From Patescibacteria group bacterium UBA1396 (GTDB lineage Bacteria; Patescibacteriota; Microgenomatia; UBA1400; UBA1396), in contig DBQK01000009.1 in assembly GCA_002305195.1 (NCBI GenBank), positions 61,575 to 125,494 of the forward strand: a stretch of 63,920 nt of DNA, given 5' to 3'. The notes under the pieces are model-generated. The model made no database searches. It was not told the DNA's origin and saw nothing but the letters and a program-made list of their open reading frames with translations. The translations under genes and the position numbers were made by a program. Within the stretch, counting starts at the first letter, position 1. Each line of letters begins with the position of its first letter. Shown in pieces: positions 11,559 through 22,230 of the stretch.

Positions 11559-12935
11559 TTATTCGAAACTTTGTTTAGCACCCAAACCGGTAATTAGTTG
11601 AGTTAGCTCCTGAGTTTTTGTCTCAAGTAGCTGCCTTGAATTTGCCTCAACATTTAGTCTCAAAACACCTTGTGTATTGGAGGGTCTTACATTTACCCAC
11701 CAATCAGGAAACCAGATTGAAATTCCATCCAGATAATCAACACTTTCCGCTTCAGGTTGATATTTTTCTTCTATTAATTTAATAATTTTATCTTTTTTCT
11801 CGGTCTCAAAATTAATCTCCCCACTCTGAGGGTATCTATCAAATTCTTGTACGATTTCTGACACAGGCTTGTTTTGTGTTGATAAGTACTCAAGTACAAA
11901 GAGCATTGCAACAAGACCGCTATCGGCACCAAAGAAGTCTCGGAAAAAGTAATGACCTGAATGTTCACCGGCAAAAACAGCTCCTGTTTCCCTCATCACT
12001 TTTTTGATGATCGAATGACCTACTCTTGTGCGCCGGCTTTTTCCACCGGTATTGTTAATTGTTTCAGGAACAATGCGTCCGCATATCGCGTTATATAGCA
12101 CCATTTCGCCAGGATTTTTAGTTAAGATTTGTTTGGCGACCATCGCGGTCGTAATGGTTCCAGAGATAAATTCTCCATTTTCTGTCATTAGAAACATCCG
12201 ATCGCCATCACCATCAAAAAGAACACCTAAATCGTATTCACCAGCCTGAAGTTTTTCCCTGGCTATTTTTTGTCCCGCCTCAATTAAAGGATTGGCTAAA
12301 TGATTGGGGAAGTTACCATCAAGTTCAAAAAAGAGTTTGTTGGCTTGAATCGGTAATTTTTCCAGAACCGGTGGCAAAATTTTACCAGCCATTCCATTGC
12401 CGGCATCGATGAGTACGCGTAGTGGCTTAATGTTTTTAATTTCAATTAACGACAAAGCGTGATTGGTAAAATCAGTGATTAAAGCGGGGGCGGTTGAAAT
12501 TTTTCCAGGTTTTTGAGTAGAAGAAAATGTTTCATCAGACAAAACCTTGTCACGAATGGGATAAATAAGTGCTTCACCATCCAGACTGACACCACCTCTT
12601 TTGGTAAATTTAAAACCATTAAATCGCGGTGGATTGTGAGAAGCCGTGATCATAACGACATAATCTACATCCAGCTTATTAGCCGCAAAGTATGAAGCAT
12701 CGGTCGAAATGAGACCAAGATCAATCACGTCAACTCCCATAGCCGTGATTTCCTCAATCATGGCTTGGGCAAATTGTTTGCCAGTTATTCTCATATCGTG
12801 CCCGATCCCCACACAACGCGGCTGTGTGAGGGAAATAAAAGCTTGGGCAATGCGTCTGACACCCTCTTCATCTAATTCGGTGCCGATTTCGGCACGAATG
12901 TCATAGTCTTTAAAAATTTTGGGACTAACTATCAT
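11559..12935 (-). CDS. manB: Phosphomannomutase/phosphoglucomutase
   Basis: TASHNP phosphoserine loop, FDGDGDR metal loop, GEHSGH, VRPSNT. Confidence 0.93.
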   Translation of the reverse strand: MIVSPKIFKDYDIRAEIGTELDEEGVRRIAQAFISLTQPRCVGIGHDMRITGKQFAQAMIEEITAMGVDVIDLGLISTDASYFAANKLDVDYVVMITASHNPPRFNGFKFTKRGGVSLDGEALIYPIRDKVLSDETFSSTQKPGKISTAPALITDFTNHALSLIEIKNIKPLRVLIDAGNGMAGKILPPVLEKLPIQANKLFFELDGNFPNHLANPLIEAGQKIAREKLQAGEYDLGVLFDGDGDRMFLMTENGEFISGTITTAMVAKQILTKNPGEMVLYNAICGRIVPETINNTGGKSRRTRVGHSIIKKVMRETGAVFAGEHSGHYFFRDFFGADSGLVAMLFVLEYLSTQNKPVSEIVQEFDRYPQSGEINFETEKKDKIIKLIEEKYQPEAESVDYLDGISIWFPDWWVNVRPSNTQGVLRLNVEANSRQLLETKTQELTQLITGLGAKQSFE

Positions 12936-12962
12936 TAACCCCCCCTTTTCGACCTGAAGTAG

Positions 12963-13658
12963 TCAATTTGACCTCACCCCATCGTAGAGTCTGACCAGCA
13001 ACCTGTCAATTTGTTGTGACCAGGTTGTGACAGCCTGGCCAGACTTTATATCTCTCTCTATCTCAAATAAGGTGTGCAAAGCAAAAATAATTTCTTCAGG
13101 CGTAAATTTTTTTGCTTGGGCGCGTAGTTTTGGGATGGCGAACGGGGGCGCCTGAACAGGCGCCCCCGTCGCCACCGCCAGAAGCAATCTGAACTGTCTT
13201 GCGATTAAACTATGCAGCTCCCACTCATTTTTTTGTTCCAAAGACTTTAGTAATAGTTTATGACAATCACGCAGTGGTCTAACCTTGATTGACTCGGTAA
13301 ATTGGAAGAACACTTTTGGCATCTTAAATTCTTTGATCTGCCAGGAATGAGCGGTAAACTTTTTCTTAATACTTGGTGTTAATTCCGACTGGACAACAAC
13401 AATTATTTCATCAGCTGACTCACTCAAAAGTTCAATTAACTCACCTTTCATTTTTGGCGATCTGATTTTTTCCAAACCTGTAATTTTCCAACTTTGCTGG
13501 TCACCAAACATCGAAATGCTGCCCAATTTTTCTCTGATTTCAGGTAGCGATAACTTATTAACATTGATTGAATTAAACGGTTGGCCAATTTTTTGTTCGT
13601 GTTGAATTTGATACTCTGTCAAGGTAGCTAAATTATCGCCGGCCAGTACTAGTTTCAT
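12963..13658 (-). CDS. holA: DNA polymerase III delta-like subunit, reduced
   Basis: SMFGDQQ segment; C-terminal LFEIERDIKSG pattern typical of delta. Confidence 0.6.
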   Translation of the reverse strand: MKLVLAGDNLATLTEYQIQHEQKIGQPFNSINVNKLSLPEIREKLGSISMFGDQQSWKITGLEKIRSPKMKGELIELLSESADEIIVVVQSELTPSIKKKFTAHSWQIKEFKMPKVFFQFTESIKVRPLRDCHKLLLKSLEQKNEWELHSLIARQFRLLLAVATGAPVQAPPFAIPKLRAQAKKFTPEEIIFALHTLFEIERDIKSGQAVTTWSQQIDRLLVRLYDGVRSN

Positions 13659-13743
13659 ATGGGTATTGTAACCTGGGATGAAGTCTTAATCGACCGTTAA
13701 CACAAGCCTATTCCAGACAAAACTGTGGTACAATTTTGACCTT

Positions 13744-14145
13744 ATGAACAAAAGAATTAAGCCTATCGATCCGCAAAATATTACTCTGGAAGAGTTAATG
13801 AAGCAGAGTTTGGAAATTCACGAATTGGTATCGTTAGCTTTTCCAGTTGGTACCAAAAATGAATCAATTTACGCTCGAATGCTTAAGTTAATGGAAGAAC
13901 TGGGCGAGCTAGCCAATGAGGTGCTGGCAAAATTAGGTCTACAGCGACAATCCAAACTGGACAAATTTACCGATCGTCAACTGGAAGATGAGTACGGCGA
14001 TGTTTTGCTAACCGTTTTAATGCTGGGCATTGAGTTAAACTTAGATGTCGCCGAAATTATGCGCCGAAAATTCATTAGTAATTACCAACGAATGCAAGAT
14101 GAGCTTGAGCAACAAGCCCAGCAGAATGGGTTTGCGGAAGAATAA
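13744..14145 (+). CDS. MazG-like nucleotide pyrophosphohydrolase
   Basis: MEELGELA...EDEYGDVL (EExxE/ExxD) motif. Confidence 0.85.
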   Translation: MNKRIKPIDPQNITLEELMKQSLEIHELVSLAFPVGTKNESIYARMLKLMEELGELANEVLAKLGLQRQSKLDKFTDRQLEDEYGDVLLTVLMLGIELNLDVAEIMRRKFISNYQRMQDELEQQAQQNGFAEE

Positions 14146-14192
14146 TAATTTTTTTATCTTGATTGAAAAACCAATAAACCAAAAAGTAAATT

Positions 14193-15917
14193 ATGAGTCC
14201 AAAAGATAGATTAGATGCCCAAAGACATAATGAAGATCCTCGGAAACGGCTCTCAGAGATAATATCTAGAATTATCAGCTCCAAAAAAATTACTTGGCGA
14301 GACGATAGAACCTCAAACAATGTTGCTTTAAACATTGTTGATTATTGTCCTCCTAAAATGGGAGAAACATTTACAGACTGGAAAACAAGAGCTAGAAGGC
14401 AACTTAGAGAAGATATCGGACCCACTCATCCGGATCGGGTTGGCTCTGAAATTGATACTAAATATGCACAGTTATTAACAAGTTCTCTTGACTTATTTAA
14501 GAAGCCAGACCATTTTTTTGAAAGATTATTTCTTAATCTATTTAATGAATACCAAAGATTACTTAACAGGAATACTGCTTCAAGGATACCAAGCTGGCAT
14601 GATGAAACCATTCGTCCAACCCGTCCATCGACCCGACCTCAACACCGAGAATCACCACCACACAGAGAGCACAGTAGACAATCTGACCGAGATCTGGCTA
14701 GACTCAATAATTTAGTTCAAGAAATAAAGAACGCTTTTACTCTCGACACTACTTTTGAATTCTCTAAGGATTATAGAGAAGGCTTGCTTAACAGATTTGC
14801 AGACCAGTTTCGGAAAACAAGCAATTCAGAAAAAAACAAAATCTTTTCCGAAACTAACCAGATTATAAGAGATTATGCTTATAAAAGAAGACAATCTATT
14901 GAACAGCAACTGAATCAAGAACTACCTGCTTATCAGAAAAGCCTAGCTAGAAGTAAAGAAGGTCAACCAAGAAATTTTAACAACTGGTACGGCTGTTTTA
15001 ATAAAATTCTCCAGTTAGCTATCGAAGTTGGCGGCTACCCAGCATTGTTCAAAGGTGATCAGTCACAAATTAATAATGATTTATTAAGGTTTTTTTCCGA
15101 TTTTGTCGATGTATTTATTAACCTGGCAACAAAAAACGCTTATAGAACTACAACAGATAATTCAGAAAATTCTTATGATCCTTACCTACTTGTAATGGAA
15201 TTTGATAGATTTATTGCTGGAATCGTTGGACAAAAAGGTCTGCCTACCGATTTTTATAAAAGCGAGTTTGGTCAGCAGTTTGGCGCAATAGTCCAGCAAA
15301 AAAAAGAAGAAATGTGGCGGTTAGTGAGCACTAATTTTGGAACTACAGCAACTTTTGAGGAAGTAGATTTCAGTCGCTACCAAAGACAATTTAATAAACC
15401 CATTAACAACTGGGATGAATTTAATATCGCAGTAGAAATTATTAATGAACTTTATTACCAATGGCTCCAGATTTCAGATAATAGTTTCATAGGTTATAAC
15501 CGAAGAAAAGATGAATTGATTCATAAGTTGAGAAATAATATCCATGGTTTTATTGAGGCCGAGATAATTAATCTTCATAGTGCCTCAGATGCAGAGAATC
15601 TTTGTAATGAGCTTGACAAGCTTTATCCCCTTGTTTTATTTCCTTTTAATCCTGACGCTGCTTTGGAAAAGAAAAAATTATTAGACAGAGTGAAGGGTTA
15701 TATTCCCAATTTATTGATTAAGGATCTAAAAGTTGGAGCGGGTGAACGAGCTAAAAGATTCCTTCAGCGTAATCTGTTTATCCAAGATAAAATTTCAATT
15801 GACGAGCAACAACTAATAACGCTTAGATACTATCTAGAAAAAGGTTTGATTAATCAACAACAAGCTAGGTGGATCTGTGAAAAACTAAATATTCCCTACC
15901 TAGATAGACATAATTAA
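14193..15917 (+). CDS. Hypothetical 574 aa soluble, helical protein
   Basis: Long open frame; no recognisable motif, signal peptide or TM segment. Confidence 0.75.
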   Translation: MSPKDRLDAQRHNEDPRKRLSEIISRIISSKKITWRDDRTSNNVALNIVDYCPPKMGETFTDWKTRARRQLREDIGPTHPDRVGSEIDTKYAQLLTSSLDLFKKPDHFFERLFLNLFNEYQRLLNRNTASRIPSWHDETIRPTRPSTRPQHRESPPHREHSRQSDRDLARLNNLVQEIKNAFTLDTTFEFSKDYREGLLNRFADQFRKTSNSEKNKIFSETNQIIRDYAYKRRQSIEQQLNQELPAYQKSLARSKEGQPRNFNNWYGCFNKILQLAIEVGGYPALFKGDQSQINNDLLRFFSDFVDVFINLATKNAYRTTTDNSENSYDPYLLVMEFDRFIAGIVGQKGLPTDFYKSEFGQQFGAIVQQKKEEMWRLVSTNFGTTATFEEVDFSRYQRQFNKPINNWDEFNIAVEIINELYYQWLQISDNSFIGYNRRKDELIHKLRNNIHGFIEAEIINLHSASDAENLCNELDKLYPLVLFPFNPDAALEKKKLLDRVKGYIPNLLIKDLKVGAGERAKRFLQRNLFIQDKISIDEQQLITLRYYLEKGLINQQQARWICEKLNIPYLDRHN

Positions 15918-17068
15918 TTAGTTTTGCCCTCTTCTAACTTTTGCACTTCCGCAGTTTCCAACATTCCGTGACGGTACTCCTCGATTCGGTTAATTCGCAA
16001 GCGCATTCTGTTAAACCTAGTACCGGAGATTTTATCGTAAACTTGGCGAAGTTTTAAAAGTTGACGGTCAAAATCGCTGAACTCGCCCTCAAACCTTTCC
16101 CATTCAGTCACAAAGTCACTAATATACTTAATGATATCCCGCAAATTATTTTCAATCATAAAATTGCGATAGCTCTCCATAATTGTTCTGGCCACCACTA
16201 AGAATGTAAAAGGCGAAACAATCGCCACCCTATTCTTCATTGCCAACTCGATAACAGCCGGTGCCTCTTGGTTAATATAAGAAAACAACATTTCATTGGG
16301 GACAAACAAGATAGTGTAGTCCAGAGTACCCTCTTCAGGGTTAATGTAACCTTTTTGAGATAGATCTTTAACTTTGGACTTTACATCGTTGATAAACTCG
16401 CGGCGATACTTATCTTTTTCTAATTTAGATTCGGTCTCAACCATTTTCTGGATAGCCGAAAATGGAAATTTAGCATCCACCGCTACCCGACGATCATTTG
16501 GGAGCAAAAGTGTAATATCTGGCTTAACCAAACTCTTACCCAGAACCTGCTGCTTAACGTAGTGAACCCCCTCAACCAAGCCAGCGGTGCGTAAAATGTC
16601 GTCCAAAATATACTCACCCCACTCGCCTCGCTTTTGGTTGTTTTGGAGTACTTTATTTAATCGCTCGGTACTCAGTTGTAGTTCTTTAGTTATGTTTTGA
16701 TGTTCGCGAATATGAGTGGAAACCATCGAAAACTGCTTATTCCTCTCCCCTTCCAGCTTTCTTATTTCTTCTTGCCGATTTGACAATTCACGACGTAACT
16801 CGGAAATAACTTTCTCGATTTGCTCTTGGCGACTTTTAAGATTGCTTTCAATTAGTTGTTGCTCCTGCTTCAAAATACCGCGACTTTGTTCACTGACCTT
16901 TTGGGTAATTTCACCATAAACTTCATTAACTAGGTTTTTCATTAACTCGCGCTGACCGTCCTGGTCCTTACCTAGCCCAAACTGCTGAAACTTTTTGTAC
17001 AAAAATAAACCAATTAAACCTATCAAAGCGATATTAAGAATAATAATTAGTATCAATTCTATGCTCAT
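15914..17068 (-). CDS. rmuC: DNA recombination protein RmuC
   Basis: N-terminal TM plus coiled coil; RGEWGE, KPDITL, VDAKFP, LFVPNE. Confidence 0.93.
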   Translation of the reverse strand: MSIELILIIILNIALIGLIGLFLYKKFQQFGLGKDQDGQRELMKNLVNEVYGEITQKVSEQSRGILKQEQQLIESNLKSRQEQIEKVISELRRELSNRQEEIRKLEGERNKQFSMVSTHIREHQNITKELQLSTERLNKVLQNNQKRGEWGEYILDDILRTAGLVEGVHYVKQQVLGKSLVKPDITLLLPNDRRVAVDAKFPFSAIQKMVETESKLEKDKYRREFINDVKSKVKDLSQKGYINPEEGTLDYTILFVPNEMLFSYINQEAPAVIELAMKNRVAIVSPFTFLVVARTIMESYRNFMIENNLRDIIKYISDFVTEWERFEGEFSDFDRQLLKLRQVYDKISGTRFNRMRLRINRIEEYRHGMLETAEVQKLEEGKTN

Positions 17069-17237
17069 ACTTTTCCTTAATTATCTAGCTTATCACTATC
17101 TAGTCACTTCACCCTAGTAGGTTGTGTTCCAATGACTTTTTTACCTAATTTCATTCTAGCAATTGATGCCTAAAAATGCTAATTATCGTTTTGGGTTTTT
17201 TACACTTTTTACCAAAAGGGCTTATAATTGGTGAGTT

Positions 17238-17627
17238 ATGAAAAAACAGCCGGCCAAAACAGCCAAAACTGAGAAGACTGACTACACTTTAACCAAGGCA
17301 TTTGCCAAGATTTTATCCAGTCAAGAAGCTCCTGATGCCTTGCAGCTGCTGACCGAGATTTTGACCGAGAAAGAGCTTGAGTATATTGAGAGACGTTTAC
17401 GAATTGCTTTAATGCTAAAACAAGGCGAATCTTATACTAAAATTCAGAAGGAACTGCAGGTTTCGGCGGCCACCGTGGCGGTAGTGGCTGAACAGATGAA
17501 GCAACCTGGTTTTCAAGCCTTAGTGAATCACTTACATAAAGAAATAAGTCGTTTTCGCTGGATTGCAAAATTTTTTAGTCGCCGCCATAACCAGGGCTTA
17601 AAAAAGAGCTCAAAGCAGGTACAATAG
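17238..17627 (+). CDS. TrpR-like (YerC/YecD) HTH protein
   Basis: LTEKELEYIERRLRIALML...SYTKIQKELQVSAATV. Confidence 0.85.
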   Translation: MKKQPAKTAKTEKTDYTLTKAFAKILSSQEAPDALQLLTEILTEKELEYIERRLRIALMLKQGESYTKIQKELQVSAATVAVVAEQMKQPGFQALVNHLHKEISRFRWIAKFFSRRHNQGLKKSSKQVQ

Positions 17628-17633
17628 TCTGGT

Positions 17634-18443
17634 ATGTTTTCTTTGTTGTTGATTATTCCCATGGCGGCGATCGTTAGTGGCGTCTTAATTTATGGCCGCA
17701 GTGGTAAACGAGATTTTTTAAAGTTTGATTTGGTGCAGTTTGTTTATGCATTTTTGTTGGCGCCACTACTATTTGTCTGGATGAAGAGCTTTTTATTCTA
17801 CTTATTGAGGCAAGAATTTGATGTTCGCCTGTCGTTAAATGAAATTTTTATTTTAGATACAATGTTTTCGGTGTTATCCATTTATATTTACTCATTTATT
17901 GTGATTCACTCGCTCACTAAAAGTTTTGAACTCAAAAGATATGTTGACCCACTTTATGATGTTTTTTCACACGCCGAGGCACTACACTTGTGGATTTCAC
18001 ACACCGGAATGTATGTGGGCGGGATGATCATTTTTTCAATTGTTTCTTTGGTAAATGTATTTTTGCCGGCCGAAATTGAAATGGGCAGAAGCTTCTTTTA
18101 CTTTGCCTTAAGCCTTGGATTTTTGTCTGGAGTTTTCGCGTTTGCTGGCATGTGGATGTCAAATTTTACTGAGAAGCCAACCTTTCTTAAAATATTAAAG
18201 CTATCGATTGCCTTCTGTTTAACTGCCCATGTCGCTGCTTATTTTATTGTTGAGCCTTCGTTTGGACCTTCAAACATTATTTATTGGACAGTTTTTATGG
18301 CTTTTTTAGCAGCTGGTCTCTGTTCTTATGTGTTTGAGAGGTCAGAAAAGGCATCAAGTTGGTTTGAGCGATTTCATCACAAAAAAGGTTGGAATTGGAA
18401 AAATGGAAATTTTCTTCGCAGCAAAAGCAAGTTTAAACTCTAG
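17634..18443 (+). CDS. Multi-pass membrane protein, unknown function
   Basis: About 7 hydrophobic segments. Confidence 0.7.
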   Translation: MFSLLLIIPMAAIVSGVLIYGRSGKRDFLKFDLVQFVYAFLLAPLLFVWMKSFLFYLLRQEFDVRLSLNEIFILDTMFSVLSIYIYSFIVIHSLTKSFELKRYVDPLYDVFSHAEALHLWISHTGMYVGGMIIFSIVSLVNVFLPAEIEMGRSFFYFALSLGFLSGVFAFAGMWMSNFTEKPTFLKILKLSIAFCLTAHVAAYFIVEPSFGPSNIIYWTVFMAFLAAGLCSYVFERSEKASSWFERFHHKKGWNWKNGNFLRSKSKFKL

Positions 18444-18460
18444 CTTTGTTAAGATAGTTT

Positions 18461-19888
18461 ATGAGTCATTTTTATATCACTACTACTCTACCCTACGTTA
18501 ATGCCAGTCCACATATTGGATTTGGTCTGGAAATTCTGGCTGCAGATGTTATTGCTCGATGGCATCGACTAAATGGTGATGAGGTTGTTTTCAATACAGG
18601 TACCGATGAACACGGCGCTAAAATTTATCAAAATGCCCTTGATAACCACCAAGATCCTCAAGAATACGTTGATTTTTATGCCGCCCAGTTTGACCAGCTG
18701 AAGGAGCAGTTAAATCTTAGTTATACAAATTTCATTAGAACTACAGATGTTAATCACCAAAAAGCTGCGCAATATTTTTGGCAATTATGTCTAGATAAGG
18801 GCGATATTTATTTGGCAAAGTATCCAGTTAAGTATTGTGTGGGCTGCGAACTTGAGAAAAATGAATCGGACTTAGTCGACGGTCATTGTCCTTTGCACCC
18901 AAATTTAGAGATTGAAGTTCGTGAAGAAGAAAATTATTTTTTTAGATTCTCTAAGTATCAATCAGATTTGTTGGAGTTTTATAAGCAACATCCAAGTTTT
19001 GTTAAACCGAACGCCAAAATGAAGGAGATCGTTAGTTTCGTGGAGCAAGGCTTACAAGATTTTAGTATTTCTAGACTTAAAGAAAAAATGCCTTGGGGAG
19101 TACCGGTGCCAAATGACGATCAGCACGTTATGTATGTCTGGTTCGATGCTTTAATTAATTATATTTCAACTTTGGGCTGGCCTGATGATCAGGATACATT
19201 TAAAAAATTCTGGCCAGGAGTACAAGTGGCTGGTAAAGATAACTTGCGCCAACAATCTGCTATGTGGCAAGCAATGCTGATGTCTGCCGATCTGCCCAAT
19301 TCAAGTCAGATTCTAATCAATGGTTTTATTAGTGTAGGTGGCCAAAAAATGAGTAAGAGTTTGGGCAATGTTATTTCGCCTTTTGACTTGGTTGATAAAT
19401 ATGGTATTGATGGGGCCAGGTATGTTCTACTCTCTTTGGGACCCTTTGATAAGGATATGGATGTTACTTGGGAAAGGTTTAATCAGCTTTACACCGCTGA
19501 GCTTGCTAATGGTTTAGGCAATTTAGCCTCACGTGTTGCCAAGTTAGCCAATCAAAGCGGAGTCAGCCTAACTTCTTCCGAAAGGCATAAGATTACCGCT
19601 AATTTTGAGCCTGCCTATGTTGAATTAATGAGAAATTATCAGTTGGGAGTCACATTATCCTTACTAGTTGATTGGGTTAAAGAAACGGATGAATATCTGA
19701 GTCAGACAAAACCCTGGCTTTTATCCGGCAGTGAGCGCAGTGAAATAGTCAAATCAGCAGTTAAGCGAGTTTTTAAGATAGCGGTTCATTTGGAACCGTT
19801 TTTGCCTCAGACCACCCAACAGTTAACTAAAATTTTTAGTGCTCAACCAGTTGAGGTTTTAACACCCCTCTTTCCAAGGTTGGCATAA
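18461..19888 (+). CDS. metG: Methionyl-tRNA synthetase, short form
   Basis: TTTLPYVNASPHIG, GTDEHG, single Zn knuckle CVGC..CPLH, YVWFDAL, KMSKSLGN. Confidence 0.97.
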   Translation: MSHFYITTTLPYVNASPHIGFGLEILAADVIARWHRLNGDEVVFNTGTDEHGAKIYQNALDNHQDPQEYVDFYAAQFDQLKEQLNLSYTNFIRTTDVNHQKAAQYFWQLCLDKGDIYLAKYPVKYCVGCELEKNESDLVDGHCPLHPNLEIEVREEENYFFRFSKYQSDLLEFYKQHPSFVKPNAKMKEIVSFVEQGLQDFSISRLKEKMPWGVPVPNDDQHVMYVWFDALINYISTLGWPDDQDTFKKFWPGVQVAGKDNLRQQSAMWQAMLMSADLPNSSQILINGFISVGGQKMSKSLGNVISPFDLVDKYGIDGARYVLLSLGPFDKDMDVTWERFNQLYTAELANGLGNLASRVAKLANQSGVSLTSSERHKITANFEPAYVELMRNYQLGVTLSLLVDWVKETDEYLSQTKPWLLSGSERSEIVKSAVKRVFKIAVHLEPFLPQTTQQLTKIFSAQPVEVLTPLFPRLA

Positions 19889-19893
19889 GACTT

Positions 19894-20721
19894 ATGAAGA
19901 AAGCACCAGCAATTTCAGACTGCGTTTTTTCTAGTCAAAACGCAACAATTATCGATACTCACGTTCACTATAATCTCGACCCGCTGCTATCTAACTGGCA
20001 AATCCACTGGCAAAAAGCGCAAAGCAAAGAGGTCACTGCTTCAGTTGTTGCTAGCATAGATCTGATTTCTTCCCAAAAAGCAGTTGAGATTGCCAACCAA
20101 GACGACAACTTATGGGCATTGGTTGGTGTTCACCCCTCAGAGGTAGCTAAAAACAAATCACTTGATCAAGTCGTTACCGAGCTATCCAGATTACTTGATG
20201 ATCCAAAAGTATTGGGCATTGGAGAAATTGGTCTTGATTATTATTGGCTACCAGATAATCAGTTAGCACAAAAATCCCAGGTACAGCAGATTTGGTTTCA
20301 AGCACAGCTAGAGCTAGCTCGCCAAAAAGGAGGTTGGATTTCTTTACATATTAGAGACAAAGCGGAGCCAGTTGAACAAACTAAAGGTAATGCTTATTGG
20401 GATGCTTATCAGATAATGAAGCAATATGACTGGTCAAATCAACCTTTTATTTTGCATTGTGTATCAGGATCTAATACCTATGTAAAAGCAATGTTAGAGT
20501 TAGGCGCTTTTATTGGCTTTGATGGCAATATTACTTATCCTTCGGCTGCTAATTTAAGGTCATTGTTAGATTTGGTGCCGGCTGACAGATTGTTGGTTGA
20601 AACAGATGCACCTTACTTGCCACCCCAGTCTCAAAGAGGCAAGCTCTGTGAACCTTGGATGATTGCCGAAACCGCTTCTTATTTACAATCTTATTTTCAG
20701 GCTAGGAATCAATTAGAGTAA
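19894..20721 (+). CDS. tatD: TatD family DNase
   Basis: DTHVH, GEIGLD, LHC, ETDAPYL. Confidence 0.93.
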   Translation: MKKAPAISDCVFSSQNATIIDTHVHYNLDPLLSNWQIHWQKAQSKEVTASVVASIDLISSQKAVEIANQDDNLWALVGVHPSEVAKNKSLDQVVTELSRLLDDPKVLGIGEIGLDYYWLPDNQLAQKSQVQQIWFQAQLELARQKGGWISLHIRDKAEPVEQTKGNAYWDAYQIMKQYDWSNQPFILHCVSGSNTYVKAMLELGAFIGFDGNITYPSAANLRSLLDLVPADRLLVETDAPYLPPQSQRGKLCEPWMIAETASYLQSYFQARNQLE

Positions 20722-20735
20722 AGTACAATAGGTCT

Positions 20736-22226
20736 ATGGTTAAAAAATGGGTCAGAAGACATCCGGTTAGAACTCAACGAGCTTTAGAGATTTTACCCGG
20801 CTTTGTTTCCTGGTCCTTAATTTTATTTCCGATATGGGGATCCCTGGTGATTCCTGTCGTGGTTTCCTATTATGTGCTGGCTTTTTCTATTTATTGGTTA
20901 TATCGATCCTTAACAATGTCGGTATTGTCGTTGATGGCTCATTATCGAATTAAAGCTTCGCAACGAAATGATTGGCTCAGCGATGCTAGGAAACTTGAGC
21001 ATTTTGAAAAAGTTCACCACATTATTATTATTCCTACTTACAAGGAGCCGCTTTCAACTTTAGAGAGAACACTCGATGGTTTGTTACAACAGAGTTTTCC
21101 GAAAAAGAGACTCCACATTGTGTTGTCATTTGAAGAGCGCGAGGGTCAGCCAGCCAAGGAAAAAAGTGAGCAGTTACTTGCTAAATATAAGGATAAATTC
21201 GGTAATTTATGGTCGGCTTTTCATCCTGATATTGAAGGAGAGGTTAAAGGTAAATCGTCCAATACTTCTTGGGGCGCCAAACAAGCCAAGCAGTTTATTG
21301 ATAACAAGCCTGACATTAATCCGGATTTTGTAACGATCACTTCAGAAGACGCTGATGTGATTTTCGATCACCAATACTTCGCCGCTTTGGCTTTTGAATT
21401 TCTCTCCCACTCCAAACGCTACAACCGAATTTGGCAGGGCTCGATTCGTTTTTACAATAATATCTGGAAGGTTCCGGCGCCAATTCGCGTTTTAGCTAGT
21501 ATTTTTTCTGTTACACAAATGTTCATCTTGATGCGTCGGGATCGGCTGGTTAATTTTTCTTCTTATAGTACTTCTTTAAGACTCATTGAGAAAGTTGGCT
21601 ATTGGGATACCGATGTGATTCCTGAGGATTACCGTCTGTTTTTTAAGGCCTACTTTGCTTTAGGTGGCGATTTAGAAGTTGATCCCATCTTTTTGCCCAT
21701 TAATGCCGATGCCCCAGAATCACATAGCTGGTGGTCCTCAATGGTTAATCAATATGAGCAAGTTAAGCGTTGGGCTTGGGGTGTATCTGATGATGCTTAT
21801 ATTATTCGCAATTACATTTTAGCTGATCACATTCCCTTTTTTGATCGAACCATCAGAGTACTAAAAACAGTTGAGGACCATTTTCTTTGGCCGGTTAACT
21901 GGTTTGCTATTACGGTTGGTGCCTTGTTGCCACCATTGTTAAATGAAGATTTTGGGCGAACCGTGATGGGCAAGACTTTACCCCAGGTAACATCGACAAT
22001 TTTAACGATTGCCCTGCTCTCTCTTCTAACAATCATTTTTATTGACTGGCAATCAAGACCCCCGCGCCCGGAAGGCTCATCTTGGCTTCGCCGAGTTATG
22101 CAGCCGCTAGAATTTTTATTATTACCGATTGTGGGTTTCTTTTTCTCTGCCCTACCAGGTATTGACGCCCACACCAGATTAATGCTGGGTAAATATATTG
22201 AGTATCGAGTAACTGAAAAAGTTTAA
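20736..22226 (+). CDS. Membrane GT2 glycosyltransferase, processive-type
   Basis: EDAD, IPED and QVKRW (D,D,D,QxxRW) with flanking TM helices. Confidence 0.88.
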   Translation: MVKKWVRRHPVRTQRALEILPGFVSWSLILFPIWGSLVIPVVVSYYVLAFSIYWLYRSLTMSVLSLMAHYRIKASQRNDWLSDARKLEHFEKVHHIIIIPTYKEPLSTLERTLDGLLQQSFPKKRLHIVLSFEEREGQPAKEKSEQLLAKYKDKFGNLWSAFHPDIEGEVKGKSSNTSWGAKQAKQFIDNKPDINPDFVTITSEDADVIFDHQYFAALAFEFLSHSKRYNRIWQGSIRFYNNIWKVPAPIRVLASIFSVTQMFILMRRDRLVNFSSYSTSLRLIEKVGYWDTDVIPEDYRLFFKAYFALGGDLEVDPIFLPINADAPESHSWWSSMVNQYEQVKRWAWGVSDDAYIIRNYILADHIPFFDRTIRVLKTVEDHFLWPVNWFAITVGALLPPLLNEDFGRTVMGKTLPQVTSTILTIALLSLLTIIFIDWQSRPPRPEGSSWLRRVMQPLEFLLLPIVGFFFSALPGIDAHTRLMLGKYIEYRVTEKV

Positions 22227-22230
22227 CGAT

